Assembly: GCA_910587475.1 (NCBI GenBank)
Contig: CAJUMR010000008.1
Coordinates: 16,947-80,946 of the forward strand
Direction: 5' to 3'
Source: an uncultured Muribaculaceae bacterium
Lineage (GTDB): Bacteria; Bacteroidota; Bacteroidia; Bacteroidales; Muribaculaceae
Length of the DNA: 64,000 bases
Part shown: positions 26,943 through 36,334 of the stretch, piece after piece
How positions within the stretch are numbered: the stretch's first letter is position 1
Layout of the letters: every line of letters begins with the position of its first letter
Position numbers and translations under genes: made by a program
The notes under the pieces: model-generated
The model's database searches: none
The model's input: the letters and a program-made list of their open reading frames with translations, nothing else
Told to the model about the DNA's origin: nothing

Positions 26943-27161
26943 TCAGCACGACTGGACGAGAGAGACGATGTATTCTTTTTCGTCTTCGGGGTCTACGTCG
27001 ATGTTGATCTTGCCTTCACGTGCAAGCCAACCGAGTGCTGCGAAAATTTCTTTATCTTTCAGTTTTGTGACTTTCTTGAGTTGTTTAACGCCAAGGGCGT
27101 CGGCTGTTGCCAAAGCATTCCAAACGCATCCTGCGTTTGTGCCGATAGTTTCGATGTTCAT
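26943..27161 (-). CDS. Small winged-helix protein (DUF2582-like)
   Basis: IGTNAGCVWNAL...AALGWLAREGKI motif. Confidence 0.8.
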   Translation of the reverse strand: MNIETIGTNAGCVWNALATADALGVKQLKKVTKLKDKEIFAALGWLAREGKINIDVDPEDEKEYIVSLVQSC

Positions 27162-27400
27162 AATGTTTTATTTTGGTTTGTAATGTTAGACATTCGGACG
27201 TTGATATGGTTAAACCGCGTGCATTTTGATTGCAAACATAATCATAATTGTGCAATTTATCACTCTACTTGATAAACAAAATTTGCATAAAATTGTTCGA
27301 TGAGATATAAGTGATTGATCTACAGAGTGATAAAAATGCGGAAATTTTGCGTAAAATCAGCGGGAATGTATTAATTTTACATTAAAATAGAAAATTGACT

Positions 27401-28345
27401 ATGGACGGAACAGTCGTAAGGAACACAGGCTCGCACTATGTTGTTGAGCTTGACGAAAATAAAGGAGAGATCAATTGCAAGATCAAAGGTAATTTCAGGA
27501 TCAAGGGTATCCGCACCACCAATCCGGTCGCTGTCGGTGACAGGGTGGAGGTCGGCGAGCCCGGTCCCGACGGGACTGCCTTTATCGTGGCTATCCGTCA
27601 AAGGAAGAATTATATAATCAGGCGCGCAAGCAATCTGTCGAAAGAATCCCATATAATAGCGGCCAACATTGACCAGGCGTTGCTGGTTGTGTCGCTCGTC
27701 GATCCTCCGACGTCGACAACGTTCATAGATCGTTTTCTTGCCACGGCCGAGGCTTACTCTGTGCCGGCTCTGATAGCAATCAACAAGATTGATCTGTTAA
27801 GCGGCGAGGAGGACGCCGAACTGCTTGATGCGGTGAGCTATCTTTACCGGTCGATCGGCTACGGGGTGTTTGCACTGTCGGCTAAAACGGGCGAAGGTCT
27901 CGACGAGCTTCGGGAGGCTCTCCGCGGCAAGGTGACGCTGTTTTCGGGTAATTCGGGAGTCGGCAAGTCGTCGCTGATCAATGATCTTATTCCTGGTCTG
28001 GACCTGAAAACTGCTGCAATCTCGACGGCTCACGGTACGGGAATGCACACGACGACATTCTCAGAGATGTTTGCGATGCCCGGCGGCGGATGCATCATCG
28101 ATACTCCGGGGGTGAGAGGTTTCGGCACGGTAGATTTCGACCGGCATGAAGTGGCGCATTATTTCCCGGAAATATTCGAGCGGTCGGCCGATTGCCGGTT
28201 CAACAACTGCACCCACACCTGTGAACCCGGCTGTGCGGTGCTTGCCGCAGTGGATGCGTCGGAGATAGCTGCGTCGCGTTATGCGTCGTATCTGAGCATT
28301 CTCGATGATGCAGACGAGGGCAAGTACAGGGAAGGTTACAAGTGA
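27401..28345 (+). CDS. rsgA: Ribosome small subunit-dependent GTPase A
   Basis: VAVGD, INKIDL, GNSGVGKSSL, HTTT, DTPG and the CRFNNCTH..EPGC Zn site. Confidence 0.97.
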   Translation: MDGTVVRNTGSHYVVELDENKGEINCKIKGNFRIKGIRTTNPVAVGDRVEVGEPGPDGTAFIVAIRQRKNYIIRRASNLSKESHIIAANIDQALLVVSLVDPPTSTTFIDRFLATAEAYSVPALIAINKIDLLSGEEDAELLDAVSYLYRSIGYGVFALSAKTGEGLDELREALRGKVTLFSGNSGVGKSSLINDLIPGLDLKTAAISTAHGTGMHTTTFSEMFAMPGGGCIIDTPGVRGFGTVDFDRHEVAHYFPEIFERSADCRFNNCTHTCEPGCAVLAAVDASEIAASRYASYLSILDDADEGKYREGYK

Positions 28346-29419
28346 TCATGCGCGGCTTACGCGCCTGTAGAGTATGATGGCAATGACAGTGTAGATAAGA
28401 TTGGGGATCCACATCGCTATCATCGGTGATGTCATTCCGGATATGGCAAATGTCTGGGTTACAGTCATGAACAGAATGTAACTGAAACTGAGCACGAGAC
28501 CGATGCCGATGTTTACACCGATGCCACCTTTGACTTTTCGCGAGGACAGAGCCATGCCTATGACCGTGAGGATGAATGCAGCGGCTGTCATTGCGTATCG
28601 CCTCTGGTATTCCACTTCAAAAGATTTGATGTTGCCGACTCCACGCGATTTCTGCCGTTCGATGTATTCGGCGAGTGCGGGAGTTGTCATTTTCTCGTGG
28701 TCGTTGACGGCTATGAGGAAGTCGCTCGGCTCGAATGGTATGATAGTGTCGAGTTGGGAGCCTTTGGTGATATATTCCCTATTGTCGCGGAAGTCGCGGA
28801 TTACGTAGTCGCGTATCTGCCAGTTGTAGAGAGTGTCCCATTTGATAGACTGGGCAGTCAGTCGCGATGCGATTTCTTTACCGTTGAAAGACTCGAGCGA
28901 GAACCGCGATCCTATTTTCGAAATGTTGTCGTAGCGGCTCATATAGGCGATCTGCCCCGGGGCTACCATGAGCATGATGTTAGAGCCGTAGTCGACACGT
29001 TTGTTTTTGACGTAAGTGTTTGTGTAGTTGATGCGTTTGACGTTGGCCGGAGGGATGATGTAAGCGTCGAGAGTGTAGGTGAGCGATGCAATGATCAAGG
29101 CCGAGAATAGGTAGGGCCTTAGGAGGCGCTTGTAGCTCATGCCTGTTGACAGCATGGCTATGATCTCGCTGTTGTCGGCGAGTTTCGACGTGAAGAAGAT
29201 CACGGCGATGAAGGTGAACAGCGGCGAGAACTGGTTGGCGAAGTAGGGCAGGAAGTTGATGAAGTAGTCGACGATTGTCGCCTTTAGCGGAGCTTTAAGG
29301 AATGAGTCGAGTTTCTCGTTTATGTCAAACATGATGACAATCGCCAGCAGCAGCACTATGGCGAATACATATGTTCCGAGGAACTTGCGGATGATATATT
29401 TGTCGAGGATCTTGAACAT
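28346..29419 (-). CDS. LptF/LptG family LPS export permease
   Basis: MFKILDKYIIRKFL start, SEIIAMLSTG motif, 3+3 TM layout with a periplasmic domain. Confidence 0.88.
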   Translation of the reverse strand: MFKILDKYIIRKFLGTYVFAIVLLLAIVIMFDINEKLDSFLKAPLKATIVDYFINFLPYFANQFSPLFTFIAVIFFTSKLADNSEIIAMLSTGMSYKRLLRPYLFSALIIASLTYTLDAYIIPPANVKRINYTNTYVKNKRVDYGSNIMLMVAPGQIAYMSRYDNISKIGSRFSLESFNGKEIASRLTAQSIKWDTLYNWQIRDYVIRDFRDNREYITKGSQLDTIIPFEPSDFLIAVNDHEKMTTPALAEYIERQKSRGVGNIKSFEVEYQRRYAMTAAAFILTVIGMALSSRKVKGGIGVNIGIGLVLSFSYILFMTVTQTFAISGMTSPMIAMWIPNLIYTVIAIILYRRVSRA

Positions 29420-29433
29420 CGCAAACTGTTCGG

Positions 29434-30564
29434 TTAAAGTCGTCGCATGACACGCTCGACCATTTCGGTCTTCCACGATTTGAAGTCGCCTGCGATGATG
29501 TGCTTGCGAGCTTCGCGGACAAGCCAGAGGTAGAAAGCGAGATTGTGGATCGAAGCGATCTGCATGGCGAGGAGTTCCTGAGCAATGAACAGATGACGGA
29601 CGTATGCTTTTGAGTAAACTCTGTCGACGTAGCTCGGACCGTCGGGTTGCAGAGGAGAAAAGTCGTCGGCCCACTTTTTATTGCGCATGTTCATCGTTCC
29701 GTCGGGGGTAAATATCATGCCGTTACGTCCGTTTCGTGTCGGCATTACGCAGTCAAACATGTCGACTCCTCGGTCGATGCCTTCGAGGATGTTGGCCGGA
29801 GTACCTACTCCCATCAGGTAGCGGGGTTTGTCTTTAGGCAGCACGTCGTTTACGACTTCGATCATGTCGTACATCGCTTCGGCTGGTTCGCCGACCGCCA
29901 GTCCACCGATGGCATTGCCGTCGGCGCCGAGCGACGCGACAAATTCGGCCGACTCGCGACGCAGGTCGGGATATGTGACGCCTTGTACGATAGGGAAGTA
30001 GGCTTGCGAGTGGCCGTAGAGCGGCTCAGTCTCGACATAGTGTTTCCACCCTCGTTCGAGCCAATGTTTGGTAAGGTCGAGCGATTTCCGGGCATATGCT
30101 TTGTCGGCAGTTCCGGGCGGGCATTCGTCGAGAGCCATCATGATGTCTGATCCTATCACACGCTGGATGTCGACAACGTTTTCCGGGGTGAAGAGGTGTT
30201 TCGAGCCGTCGATATGGCTGCGGAAGTGTGCGCCTTCGGGAGTCAGTTTGCGGTTTTCGCTGAGAGAAAACACCTGAAAACCACCGCTGTCGGTCAGGAT
30301 CGGCCGATCCCAACCATTGAATTTGTGTAAGCCTCCGGCCTGACGCATGATGTCCATGCCTGGCCGGAGGTAGAGGTGATAGGTGTTGCCGAGGATGATC
30401 TGAGCGTTGATATCCTCGCGCAACTCGTGGATATGGACTCCTTTGACGGAGCCGAGAGTGCCGACCGGCATGAATATCGGAGTTTCGATTGTTCCGTGGT
30501 CAGTTGTGATGACTCCGGCTCTTGCGTTGCTGCCCGGGGCAGATGCAGTCAGTTTGAAATCCAT
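29434..30564 (-). CDS. tgt: tRNA-guanine transglycosylase
   Basis: TPIFMPVGT, LGNTYHL, TDSGGFQV and DMFDCVMPTRNGR motifs. Confidence 0.97.
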   Translation of the reverse strand: MDFKLTASAPGSNARAGVITTDHGTIETPIFMPVGTLGSVKGVHIHELREDINAQIILGNTYHLYLRPGMDIMRQAGGLHKFNGWDRPILTDSGGFQVFSLSENRKLTPEGAHFRSHIDGSKHLFTPENVVDIQRVIGSDIMMALDECPPGTADKAYARKSLDLTKHWLERGWKHYVETEPLYGHSQAYFPIVQGVTYPDLRRESAEFVASLGADGNAIGGLAVGEPAEAMYDMIEVVNDVLPKDKPRYLMGVGTPANILEGIDRGVDMFDCVMPTRNGRNGMIFTPDGTMNMRNKKWADDFSPLQPDGPSYVDRVYSKAYVRHLFIAQELLAMQIASIHNLAFYLWLVREARKHIIAGDFKSWKTEMVERVMRRL

Positions 30565-30591
30565 TGACGGAAGTAATAGCTTAGGGGTGAT

Positions 30592-31497
30592 TTACTTGAA
30601 AAGTCTTTCGGGGTAGACTCCTGTGCGGTGGAGTTCGGCGAGTTTGTCGACAACGCTCTGGCGGTCCTGAGGATATGTCACGCCAAACCAGCGGGCTTCT
30701 GTGTCGAGGACATCGACCGATGCTTCGCCGTTGCGAATGAGTTTGTCGACAACCGAGGGAATGAAGAATTCGCTTTTCGGAGTGTTGATGTATTTGTCGA
30801 GGAAGCGTACGAACTCGCGCTTCGAGTAGTCGAAGTAGTCGGGTGTGAGACCCCAGAAGTTCATCGATACCGGAGTTTCAGCATCGAGGAATCGTGTCTC
30901 GCCGTTTTCGTCGACGAATGTGATCTTGTGGTCTTTGTCAAACGATATGGCAGTGCGTTCGACGACTTTTGTGAGCTTGCCGTTTTCGGTTGTGCACACT
31001 CCGCGTGCGACAGATCCGTTTTCGGTCATGGTGTTGCCGACGCGGAAGCCGACCATGCAGTATTCGCCGGGCTTGCGGTCTTCGCGCGAAAGTTCGCGGG
31101 CGATCACTTCAAATGCGTCGCGGCTGTAGAAGTCGTCGGCGTTGATGACGGCGAACGGTTCTTTGATAGTGTCGGCGCTCATGAGGATTGCGTGGTTTGT
31201 TCCCCATGGTTTTTCGCGACCTTCGGGCACGTCATAGCCCTCGGGGAGAGCGTCGATGCTCTGGAACACGACGTCGACAGGAATCGCACCTTCGTATTTT
31301 GAGAGTATTTTTTCGCGGAAAGCTTCTTCGAAGTCGTGGCGTATGACGAACACAACGCGTCCAAATCCGGCTTTGATCGCGTCGTAAATAGAATAGTCCA
31401 TGATAGTTTCGCCCGAAGGACCGACGCCGTCGAGCTGCTTGAGACCCCCGTAGCGGCTACCCATGCCTGCTGCGAGTACTAACAATGTGGGTTTCAT
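30592..31497 (-). CDS. Sugar-phosphate nucleotidyltransferase family protein
   Basis: LAAGMGSRYGGLKQ, KPWGT and INADDFY motifs. Confidence 0.85.
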   Translation of the reverse strand: MKPTLLVLAAGMGSRYGGLKQLDGVGPSGETIMDYSIYDAIKAGFGRVVFVIRHDFEEAFREKILSKYEGAIPVDVVFQSIDALPEGYDVPEGREKPWGTNHAILMSADTIKEPFAVINADDFYSRDAFEVIARELSREDRKPGEYCMVGFRVGNTMTENGSVARGVCTTENGKLTKVVERTAISFDKDHKITFVDENGETRFLDAETPVSMNFWGLTPDYFDYSKREFVRFLDKYINTPKSEFFIPSVVDKLIRNGEASVDVLDTEARWFGVTYPQDRQSVVDKLAELHRTGVYPERLFK

Positions 31498-31606
31498 ATT
31501 CAAGATTAGTTTATTAAAAATGATTTGACAAAGGTACGAATAATAGACGAAACGGCAAAGCGGCTTCTATGCCGCTTTGCCGTTAATGTTGTCAAATTTG
31601 CTGGAA

Positions 31607-32482
31607 TCAGATGCGTTCGAGCACGGTTGCGATCAGATCGCGTATGCCCGATTTGTAGTTGGGGTTGGCAACGGTGTTGAATCTGTTGGCGATGATCGAG
31701 CATACGGTCATGGCTTTATGTCCCATCAGTTTGCCGAGACCTTGCAGGGGTGCGCTTTCCATCTCGTAGTTGGTGATGCGGCGTCCGTTGTGCTCGAATT
31801 GTTCGATCCGGCTGTTGAGGTCGGGGTTGGCCAGAGGCAGACGCAGCTCTCGTCCTTGCGGGCCGTAGAATCCGACTGCCGAAATGGTGTTGCCGCGTAC
31901 CATGTCGTCACCTCCGATGCGGCTGACGAGTTCGGGATCAGCATCGACGACATAAGGCTTAGCCCATAGCGGGTTCCATCCGGTGTGGGCGCACAGAGCT
32001 TCTTCGAAGTCGAGGTCGGCGACATCGTTGCGTCCGGCGTAGTAGTTGAGTACACCGTCGAAACCGATTGATTTTTCGGCGATTACGGGCGTACCTAATG
32101 ACAGTTCGGGCTGGAGAGCTCCCGATGTGCCGATGCGGACAAGAGTGAGCACTCGGCGGTTGTCGCGGACCTCTCGGGTCTTGAAGTCGATGTTGGCGAG
32201 AGCGTCGAGTTCATTGATGACGATGTCGATGTTGTCGGGGCCAATGCCGTGGCTGAGACACATGATGGGTTTGCCTTTGTATGTTCCACCGATAGTGTGG
32301 AATTCGCGGGAAGACACTTCGAATGTTTTGGTGTCGAAAAATTCGGCAACCATGTTCACGCGGCCTGGATCACCGACGAGAATGACGCGGTCGGTGAGCT
32401 GTTCGGGGAGAAGGTGGAGGTGGAATACTGATCCGTCGGGATTGATGATTAACTCTGATTCCGGGATTATTTTCTTGTTCAT
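31607..32482 (-). CDS. Nucleoside (uridine/purine) phosphorylase
   Basis: LVGDPGRV, RIGTSG, GFYGPQGR and NYEMES motifs; start at MNKKIIPESE. Confidence 0.88.
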   Translation of the reverse strand: MNKKIIPESELIINPDGSVFHLHLLPEQLTDRVILVGDPGRVNMVAEFFDTKTFEVSSREFHTIGGTYKGKPIMCLSHGIGPDNIDIVINELDALANIDFKTREVRDNRRVLTLVRIGTSGALQPELSLGTPVIAEKSIGFDGVLNYYAGRNDVADLDFEEALCAHTGWNPLWAKPYVVDADPELVSRIGGDDMVRGNTISAVGFYGPQGRELRLPLANPDLNSRIEQFEHNGRRITNYEMESAPLQGLGKLMGHKAMTVCSIIANRFNTVANPNYKSGIRDLIATVLERI

Positions 32483-32550
32483 GGCTCGGTTTGTTTTTTT
32501 AGATAAAACAATAATGGGAGTTTGAAAGTTTCTTTTGTCGCAAGTGGCGG

Positions 32551-33690
32551 TCAGCCTCTTGCTGTGACGGCATATCGACCGCCAGGGAGGGTGATGAGCA
32601 TGTCGCTCATTTCCATTTCGAAAAGCATCGAGGAGAGTTTGTTGAAGGGTAAGCCCAGCCCGACGCATATGTCATTGACGGTGTGGTCGGGATGGCTGAT
32701 GATGTAGTCGGCAATCTGTCGTTGCTCGGCAGTCATCTCGAATGTCAGTGTTGTCTGGGTGTCGGGTCTGGAGCGTGTGGTCCAGTTGAGCGCTTCGATA
32801 ATGTCATCGGCCGAGCGGACGATCGAAGCGGTGTTTTCGGCAATGAGGGCGTTGCATCCGCGGCTGTAAGTGTCGGTTGTCCGCCCCGGCACAGCCATCA
32901 CTTCGCGGTTGTAGGCTGAAGCGATCCTTGCGGTCGACATAGCCCCTCCTTTGGTGTCGCTTTCGACGACAATGACGACGTCGGCAAGGGCGGCGACTAT
33001 GCGGTTGCGAGCAAGGAAATTGCCTTTGTGGATCGGAGCTCCGGATGTATATTCTGTGACGATGGCTCCGCCTTCGCTGACGATTTTTGCAGCCGTCGAC
33101 CTGTGGTCGGCAGGATATATCGTGTTGAGACCGTGGGCGACAACCGCAGCAGTCGGTATGCCGTTGTCGAGAGCGGCTCTGTGGGCTGCGACGTCGATGC
33201 CGTAGGCGAGTCCGCTGATGATTACGAGGCTGTCGAGAGAGTCGGCCAGGTCTGCGACGAGGTGGTTGATGAAGTCGATGCCGTAGGGCGTGGCATGGCG
33301 AGTGCCGACAATAGCCACCGAATGGAGGCAGTCGAGGTTGCAGGGTCCGATGGAATACAATATTGCCGGAGCATCGTCGCATGACGATAATCGACGTGGG
33401 TAGGCGTCTGAGCCGATAAATGCGGCAGTGATGGCTTTTGAGCGGATAAACCGGGCTTCTTCGGCGGCAGCCTCGAGCAAAGAGAGCCGCGACGACTGGT
33501 CGCAGATGCGCGAGTCGAGTCCGCATGAGGCCGACAGTGCTGACTGTGGAAGCGTGAAAAACGCTTCCGGCGAGCCAAGCAGACCGATCAGTCTCGATGC
33601 TGTCGACCGATTGATGCCTTTTATTTTTGAAAAGGCTATGCGTGCGACCAATGGGTCGACTGATGTCGGAAGTCCGGAATTAGCTGCCAT
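32551..33690 (-). CDS. dprA: DNA-processing protein DprA
   Basis: VAIVGTR, ISGLAYGID, FLARNRIVA and AVPGR motifs; C-terminal winged helix. Confidence 0.95.
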   Translation of the reverse strand: MAANSGLPTSVDPLVARIAFSKIKGINRSTASRLIGLLGSPEAFFTLPQSALSASCGLDSRICDQSSRLSLLEAAAEEARFIRSKAITAAFIGSDAYPRRLSSCDDAPAILYSIGPCNLDCLHSVAIVGTRHATPYGIDFINHLVADLADSLDSLVIISGLAYGIDVAAHRAALDNGIPTAAVVAHGLNTIYPADHRSTAAKIVSEGGAIVTEYTSGAPIHKGNFLARNRIVAALADVVIVVESDTKGGAMSTARIASAYNREVMAVPGRTTDTYSRGCNALIAENTASIVRSADDIIEALNWTTRSRPDTQTTLTFEMTAEQRQIADYIISHPDHTVNDICVGLGLPFNKLSSMLFEMEMSDMLITLPGGRYAVTARG

Positions 33691-33693
33691 CGG

Positions 33694-34101
33694 TCAGAGA
33701 TAGTCTTTAAAGGCTTGTGCAAGAGAGTCGCCGCGGGTGAGGCGTCCGTTTTCGAGACACGCAACGCTTACGAGGGCTTTTACAACCGGAGTGCCGTCGG
33801 TTTTGTAGATATCCTGCTGAAATACAAAGAGAGGGCCGCGACGGCAGATGTTGAGCTTGCTGACAAACGACTCTCCGAGCGTAAGCGGCATTTTGTAGTC
33901 GATCTCGACTCTCGAGAGCACCGGGTCGATGCCGTTGAGGTGCATCTGTCGGAACGAAAGCCCGGCAGATTCGCAGAATTCGTGGCGGGTGTGTTCGAGA
34001 TAGTGCAGGTAGACGGCGTTGTTGACGATGCCTTCGGCGTCGACTTCGTAGTCTCTCACTTTCATCGGGAGTTCGAATATGTAGCAATTATCTTTGTTCA
34101 T
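33694..34101 (-). CDS. Acyl-CoA thioesterase (YbgC/FadM hotdog family)
   Basis: VRDYEVDAEGIVNNAVYLHYLEHTR motif. Confidence 0.9.
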   Translation of the reverse strand: MNKDNCYIFELPMKVRDYEVDAEGIVNNAVYLHYLEHTRHEFCESAGLSFRQMHLNGIDPVLSRVEIDYKMPLTLGESFVSKLNICRRGPLFVFQQDIYKTDGTPVVKALVSVACLENGRLTRGDSLAQAFKDYL

Positions 34102-35149
34102 AATTGATGATGCTTTGATTGTGACATTGTTTCATTGTCGGGAGCAGGTAGTCGAGGTCGATGTAGCGTTGGCCGCTGCCACGGTTGACGGGGAAAGCTT
34201 TGTTGCGGCGTCGGATGGCTTCTTCGGCATCGGGAGATCTGTGGCCGGGAAGAGTAGGGCGGATGTCGTCGGGAATGTTGCCGATCGTGGCTCGCCTGAC
34301 AACGGCACACGGCGGGTAGCCCAATGCGACCCACATAACCGATGAGTCGGCCTGCGCAGCCTCTATGACGACAGATGCCGTCGAGCTATGCCGGGGAATG
34401 TAGTCCTGGTCGACTATCCAGCGGGAGCCGGCTGTCGCTGCGTCGCCGCCAATGAGCGAATGGTAGAACGAGCGGCTGAGGCCTTCGGTGAAGTCGGACG
34501 GAGTGAGACGTCGGCCGTCGGAAGTCATAGCAGCGATGAGATGGCGGGCGTTGTCGTAGCGTATGTAACCGTAGCCTTCGGTGCTGTCGCCTGATAACGA
34601 GAAGTTTGTGCGCACGATTATTCCGTCGGGCGAATCGCTCAGATCGTAGCGTCTGAATTTGAAGTCATCGGTTTCGAAGAACGCGCCGTTGCCTTGAGAG
34701 TCGACCACCCCGAAGTTGGCTTGAACGCCCAACGGTTTCGGAAGCTGCCGCAGCAGATGGCTGAAGTCGTCGACCGACGAGCATGTCTGCAATGCGATGG
34801 TCATCAGTGCACCTTCGCGGTCTTTGTAGGCGGCTGTGTCGGGCGCGAGGTTATAGGAGGCGGTGTTCATGATGGCGAAGCCAGAGTCGTTGACACCTAT
34901 CCATGCTTCAGAAAGCAGAGAGTCACCGGCGTTGAACAGGGCTATGTAGCCGTGGTGTCCATCGGCAGGGGGGACATGTTCGACAAAGTTGCTTTCGCAG
35001 CTGGTGTCGCGGTGTTTCCAGAGCATTGGCTTGCCTGAAGCCGATGCTCTGCCGCTTATGATCGCAGATGTGCATGCTTCGGCGATCGGCGATGAAAAGA
35101 TCATTGCCAACACTATGCAAAAGGCCGATGTCCTGAGTTGCGGAGACAT
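34088..35149 (-). CDS. Exported Ntn-hydrolase (C45/choloylglycine-hydrolase-like)
   Basis: Signal peptide followed by CTSAII (N-terminal nucleophile Cys), WKHRD, GVNDSGFAIMN and VRTN motifs. Confidence 0.75.
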   Translation of the reverse strand: MSPQLRTSAFCIVLAMIFSSPIAEACTSAIISGRASASGKPMLWKHRDTSCESNFVEHVPPADGHHGYIALFNAGDSLLSEAWIGVNDSGFAIMNTASYNLAPDTAAYKDREGALMTIALQTCSSVDDFSHLLRQLPKPLGVQANFGVVDSQGNGAFFETDDFKFRRYDLSDSPDGIIVRTNFSLSGDSTEGYGYIRYDNARHLIAAMTSDGRRLTPSDFTEGLSRSFYHSLIGGDAATAGSRWIVDQDYIPRHSSTASVVIEAAQADSSVMWVALGYPPCAVVRRATIGNIPDDIRPTLPGHRSPDAEEAIRRRNKAFPVNRGSGQRYIDLDYLLPTMKQCHNQSIINYEQR

Positions 35150-35185
35150 GTGTCGATCGATTGGTTGGCTGACGCCCGATAGCTG

Positions 35186-36277
35186 TTATTCGTCGACCGG
35201 ACCGAGGAGCAGGATGGCGCCGGTGGTGGGGTCGATCTGAAGTTTTGACGGTTGCTTCTTGTCAGTGAACAATTTAGGGTCGAGGCCGAATGTGACACCG
35301 AGTTGCGCGAGCGATATTTCTTCGCGAGCGATCTGCTGACCTTTGTAGGTCAGTGTCACGGCTGCACGTCCGGGGATGTTGTAGGTCAGGCCACCCTTTG
35401 GAAATGCTTTCAACTCGCCTTTCTCGTTGACCGGCAGTTCTCCCTGTTCGATTATGTCGACAGATATGTAGATAGGTTCGCCTGAAAGGTCGTTGGCGTC
35501 GATGATGCCGTCGGTGGGCGAGAGTCTGACAAAAAGTTCGTCGTTGATGCTTTCGCTGTCGGGCTCGAATGTTACGGTCGAAACGGTAGTGTAGGTTTTG
35601 GTAGTGCCTTCGAACATGGCTGTCAGGGCAGCTTCCTGCGCGGCAAGGTTGTCGAGGGCAAGCTGCATCGATTTTCCATCGGGAGGGGTGTTGTCGGCTT
35701 GACCGGAAATGAGGTCGGAGCGGGTCTCACGCAGCTCGAAAATGCGCTGGGCTGCAAGGTCGGCGCGTTTTGAGAGCGAAGAGCTGAGGGTCATCTCCTG
35801 AGTGACTGCTTGTCCGGCGGCGGCAGTCTCGAGCGGAGTGGGAGCTGCGTCGACAGGTTCGGGCAGCTCGATTTCCGGAAATTCGGGTGTCTGCTCGGTG
35901 TTGACCGCAACAAGGCAGTTGTTGTCGGCGAGGATGATGTAGGGCGTTGCTCCGGCCTTGAACTGTACGAGCCATTGGTTGTCTTGGTCAGCTACGCCGC
36001 GCGGGACAATCGTTACGCTCTTGATATTTACTGATTTTGACGGGCTGGTGATCGCATCGTTCTTGCCGAGTTTGAGTTTGGCGTAGTTGTAGAATTCGCC
36101 GGGCTTTTTCTCGGTGTGTTCTGCTTCGATCGTAATGTCGAGCACGGTTCTTGGAAGCGAGTATATCAGGCCGTATTCGTTGGCTTTTGACGCAGTCAGT
36201 TTTTGGGCAGACTGTGCTTGCATGCCGAAGGCCGACAGTGTGAGGGCGGTGGCTGCTATGTAGGTTGATATTCTCAT
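35186..36277 (-). CDS. DUF4831-like exported protein
   Basis: Signal peptide, YSLPRT, AAQRIFELRETR and QLGV motifs as in Bacteroidales DUF4831; usual neighbour of nnr. Confidence 0.7.
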   Translation of the reverse strand: MRISTYIAATALTLSAFGMQAQSAQKLTASKANEYGLIYSLPRTVLDITIEAEHTEKKPGEFYNYAKLKLGKNDAITSPSKSVNIKSVTIVPRGVADQDNQWLVQFKAGATPYIILADNNCLVAVNTEQTPEFPEIELPEPVDAAPTPLETAAAGQAVTQEMTLSSSLSKRADLAAQRIFELRETRSDLISGQADNTPPDGKSMQLALDNLAAQEAALTAMFEGTTKTYTTVSTVTFEPDSESINDELFVRLSPTDGIIDANDLSGEPIYISVDIIEQGELPVNEKGELKAFPKGGLTYNIPGRAAVTLTYKGQQIAREEISLAQLGVTFGLDPKLFTDKKQPSKLQIDPTTGAILLLGPVDE

Positions 36278-36334
36278 TATAGTATCTTCGGTTAATCGTT
36301 GTTTTTTTATTTGACGTTGAGAGATGTTGATGGT

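Noticed and set aside
28346..29674. Extended N-termini in the ORF track (lptF/G, nucleoside phosphorylase, hisS, hemW, mlaE, TIGR02757, prs) suggesting long gene overlaps
   Set aside because: Artefacts of longest-ORF calling; downstream ATGs match the family N-termini.
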